A DNA stretch of 8,849 nt from Octopus sinensis (taxonomy: Eukaryota), in the NCBI RefSeq assembly GCF_006345805.1, contig NW_021828285.1, forward strand, positions 1-8,849, read 5' to 3'. Of this stretch, positions 7,642 to 8,849 are shown piece by piece. Position 1 is the stretch's first letter; each line of letters opens with the position of its first letter. Under the pieces are notes generated by a model. That model was not told where the DNA came from. It worked only from the letters and a program-made list of their open reading frames with translations, and searched no databases. The position numbers and the translations under genes were made by a program.

Positions 7642-7900
7642 TTGAGGTACTTGGTATGATACCAAGAGGAGTAAACACATACGAAAACCAAATTCCTGGC
7701 AGCCTCAAAAGATCATGCATTTGGGCACCTCACATAAATTCTTCTCTTTGTAAATGCAGTGTTACTCACTCTGTGTTTTCTTTGTCCAACAGACATCAGT
7801 GTTTTCATTTGTATGGCACCTCACCCGTTAGCATCTTTAGATGCAAAACCTTGTTGTCCCCTGACGTCTCTGGTTGAGACTTGGGTGCAACTTGTAAAAC
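7638..7900 (+). mobile_element. Resumed C-terminus and 3' UTR of the R4/Dong-like element
   Basis: IIEVLGMIPRGVNTYENQIPGS, then after a deletion/frameshift QKIMHLGTSHKFFSL* (stop ~7752-7754). This corresponds to the typical RLE C-terminus (VIIGALG…IPG…QK…GT.H). The 3' UTR end is approximate. Confidence 0.75.
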
Positions 7901-7907
7901 TTATAGC

Positions 7908-8148
7908 AAATCTACTATAGGCACAAGTCCGGGATTTTCTACTATAGGTACAAGTCCTCGAATTTAGTGGGAGGCGGGGTAAGTCAATTGCATCAATCCC
8001 AGTGCTCAACTGGCACTTATTTCATCGACCTCGAAACAACAAAAGGCATAGTCGACCTCGGCGGTATTTGAACTTAAAATGTAAAGACATGAAATGGCGC
8101 TAAGCATTTTGTCCGGTCTACTAACGATTCTGCCAGCTCTCACCTACC
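7908..8148 (-). mobile_element. Full-length tRNA-derived SINE (second family) with a duplicated 3' end
   Basis: Minus strand: head GAGCTGGCAGAATCGTTAG (A-box-like), B box AGTTCAAATACC, central GCCGAGGTCGACTATGCC…GAGGTCGATGAAATAAGTGCCAGTTGAGCACTGG. The end GGACTTGTACCTATAGTAGA is present twice, period 27 bp (7911, 7938). Confidence 0.88.
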
Positions 8149-8198
8149 TCTTAGTCACTTGGATGACATCCTAAAATGCCGTCTAACGTCAGACATGA

Positions 8199-8257
8199 GC
8201 ACACGCATACGCACGCGCACGCACACGCACGCGCACGCGCACGCACGCGCACGCACA
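8199..8257. repeat. (GCAC)/(GC) alternating purine-pyrimidine tract
   Basis: Uninterrupted RY alternation rich in CG steps. Confidence 0.9.
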
Positions 8258-8442
8258 GACACATGCGCGTGTGCGAGAGCTTATATTTGACATTATATGA
8301 ATGTAATCCTGTTTGAGTGTCAGATCATGCGCAGTACGCCACACAATCCCGTCCGATTGTTGTTCATCAGAGCGTGAAACTTGAAATAGCTCACGTATAA
8401 TTCCTGTATTTACTAAATTTTATATACATGTATGCACTCATC

Positions 8443-8548
8443 ATATATACATACATACATACATACATACATACATACATACATACATACACACATGTGT
8501 ATGTGTATACATATATATGTGTGTGTGTTTATGTGTGAATGTATGTCT
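8443..8548. repeat. (TACA)n then (TG)n
   Basis: Read directly. Confidence 0.93.
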
Positions 8549-8757
8549 TAGTGCTTGTGTCAATCAATATATAGTACGAATGCAGATGTGTTCGTGTTAG
8601 TGTTTATTTACAGAGCTAGATAGACGGTCAGTCCACCCGTCCCCAGACTGACACACAGACAGACAATGGTGGTTCTGTCAATGTTTATCTATTTGTTGAA
8701 CAGTGGTTAATTGTAAAGATAAGGACTACAAGTTCAGCTTTCACCAATGGTGATTCA

Positions 8758-8849
8758 TTGTTCTTGTAGTCGCGTTGGTTGCGGGGATGGTTGTTACTGT
8801 TTGCGTTTTGGTGTTGATTGTGGTTGTTGCTGCTGCTGTTGTTGTGTTG
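8758..8849. repeat. Degenerate (GTT/GCT)n trinucleotide tract running to the window edge
   Basis: Read directly. Confidence 0.8.

Noticed and set aside
8320-8372. Minus-strand CTGATGA followed by hairpin ACAATC/GATTGT
   Set aside because: No GAAA or cleavage triplet follows the hairpin.
1-8849. CRISPR array, rRNA or prokaryotic operon
   Set aside because: No repeat-spacer structure, no rRNA-like sequence and no gene density; this is repeat-rich animal DNA.

Overview
Non-genic or intronic eukaryotic DNA; close to half of the window is microsatellite (TA, CA/TG, TACA, TCTA, GCAC, GGCA, GA). The SINE families and repeat architecture point to a coleoid cephalopod, most likely Octopus (inference from recognised repeat families, not a database search). 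Nearly all ORFs in the supplied track are artefacts of dinucleotide repeats. Supported content: two tRNA-derived CORE-type SINEs sharing head and core but with different 3' tails; one full-length and one 5'-truncated copy of a second tRNA-derived SINE; and a dead 3' fragment of an R4/Dong-like non-LTR retrotransposon (CCHC knuckle plus restriction-like endonuclease) interrupted by that truncated SINE. The most interesting part is 3700-4560, a cluster of small non-coding modules between microsatellites. It holds two minimal type-I hammerhead-ribozyme-like motifs of the Penelope-like/retrozyme type, each with a non-canonical core, and a ~195-bp foldback whose arms carry hammerhead 3' halves. A few unique islands could be exons or regulatory elements, but no gene can be named.
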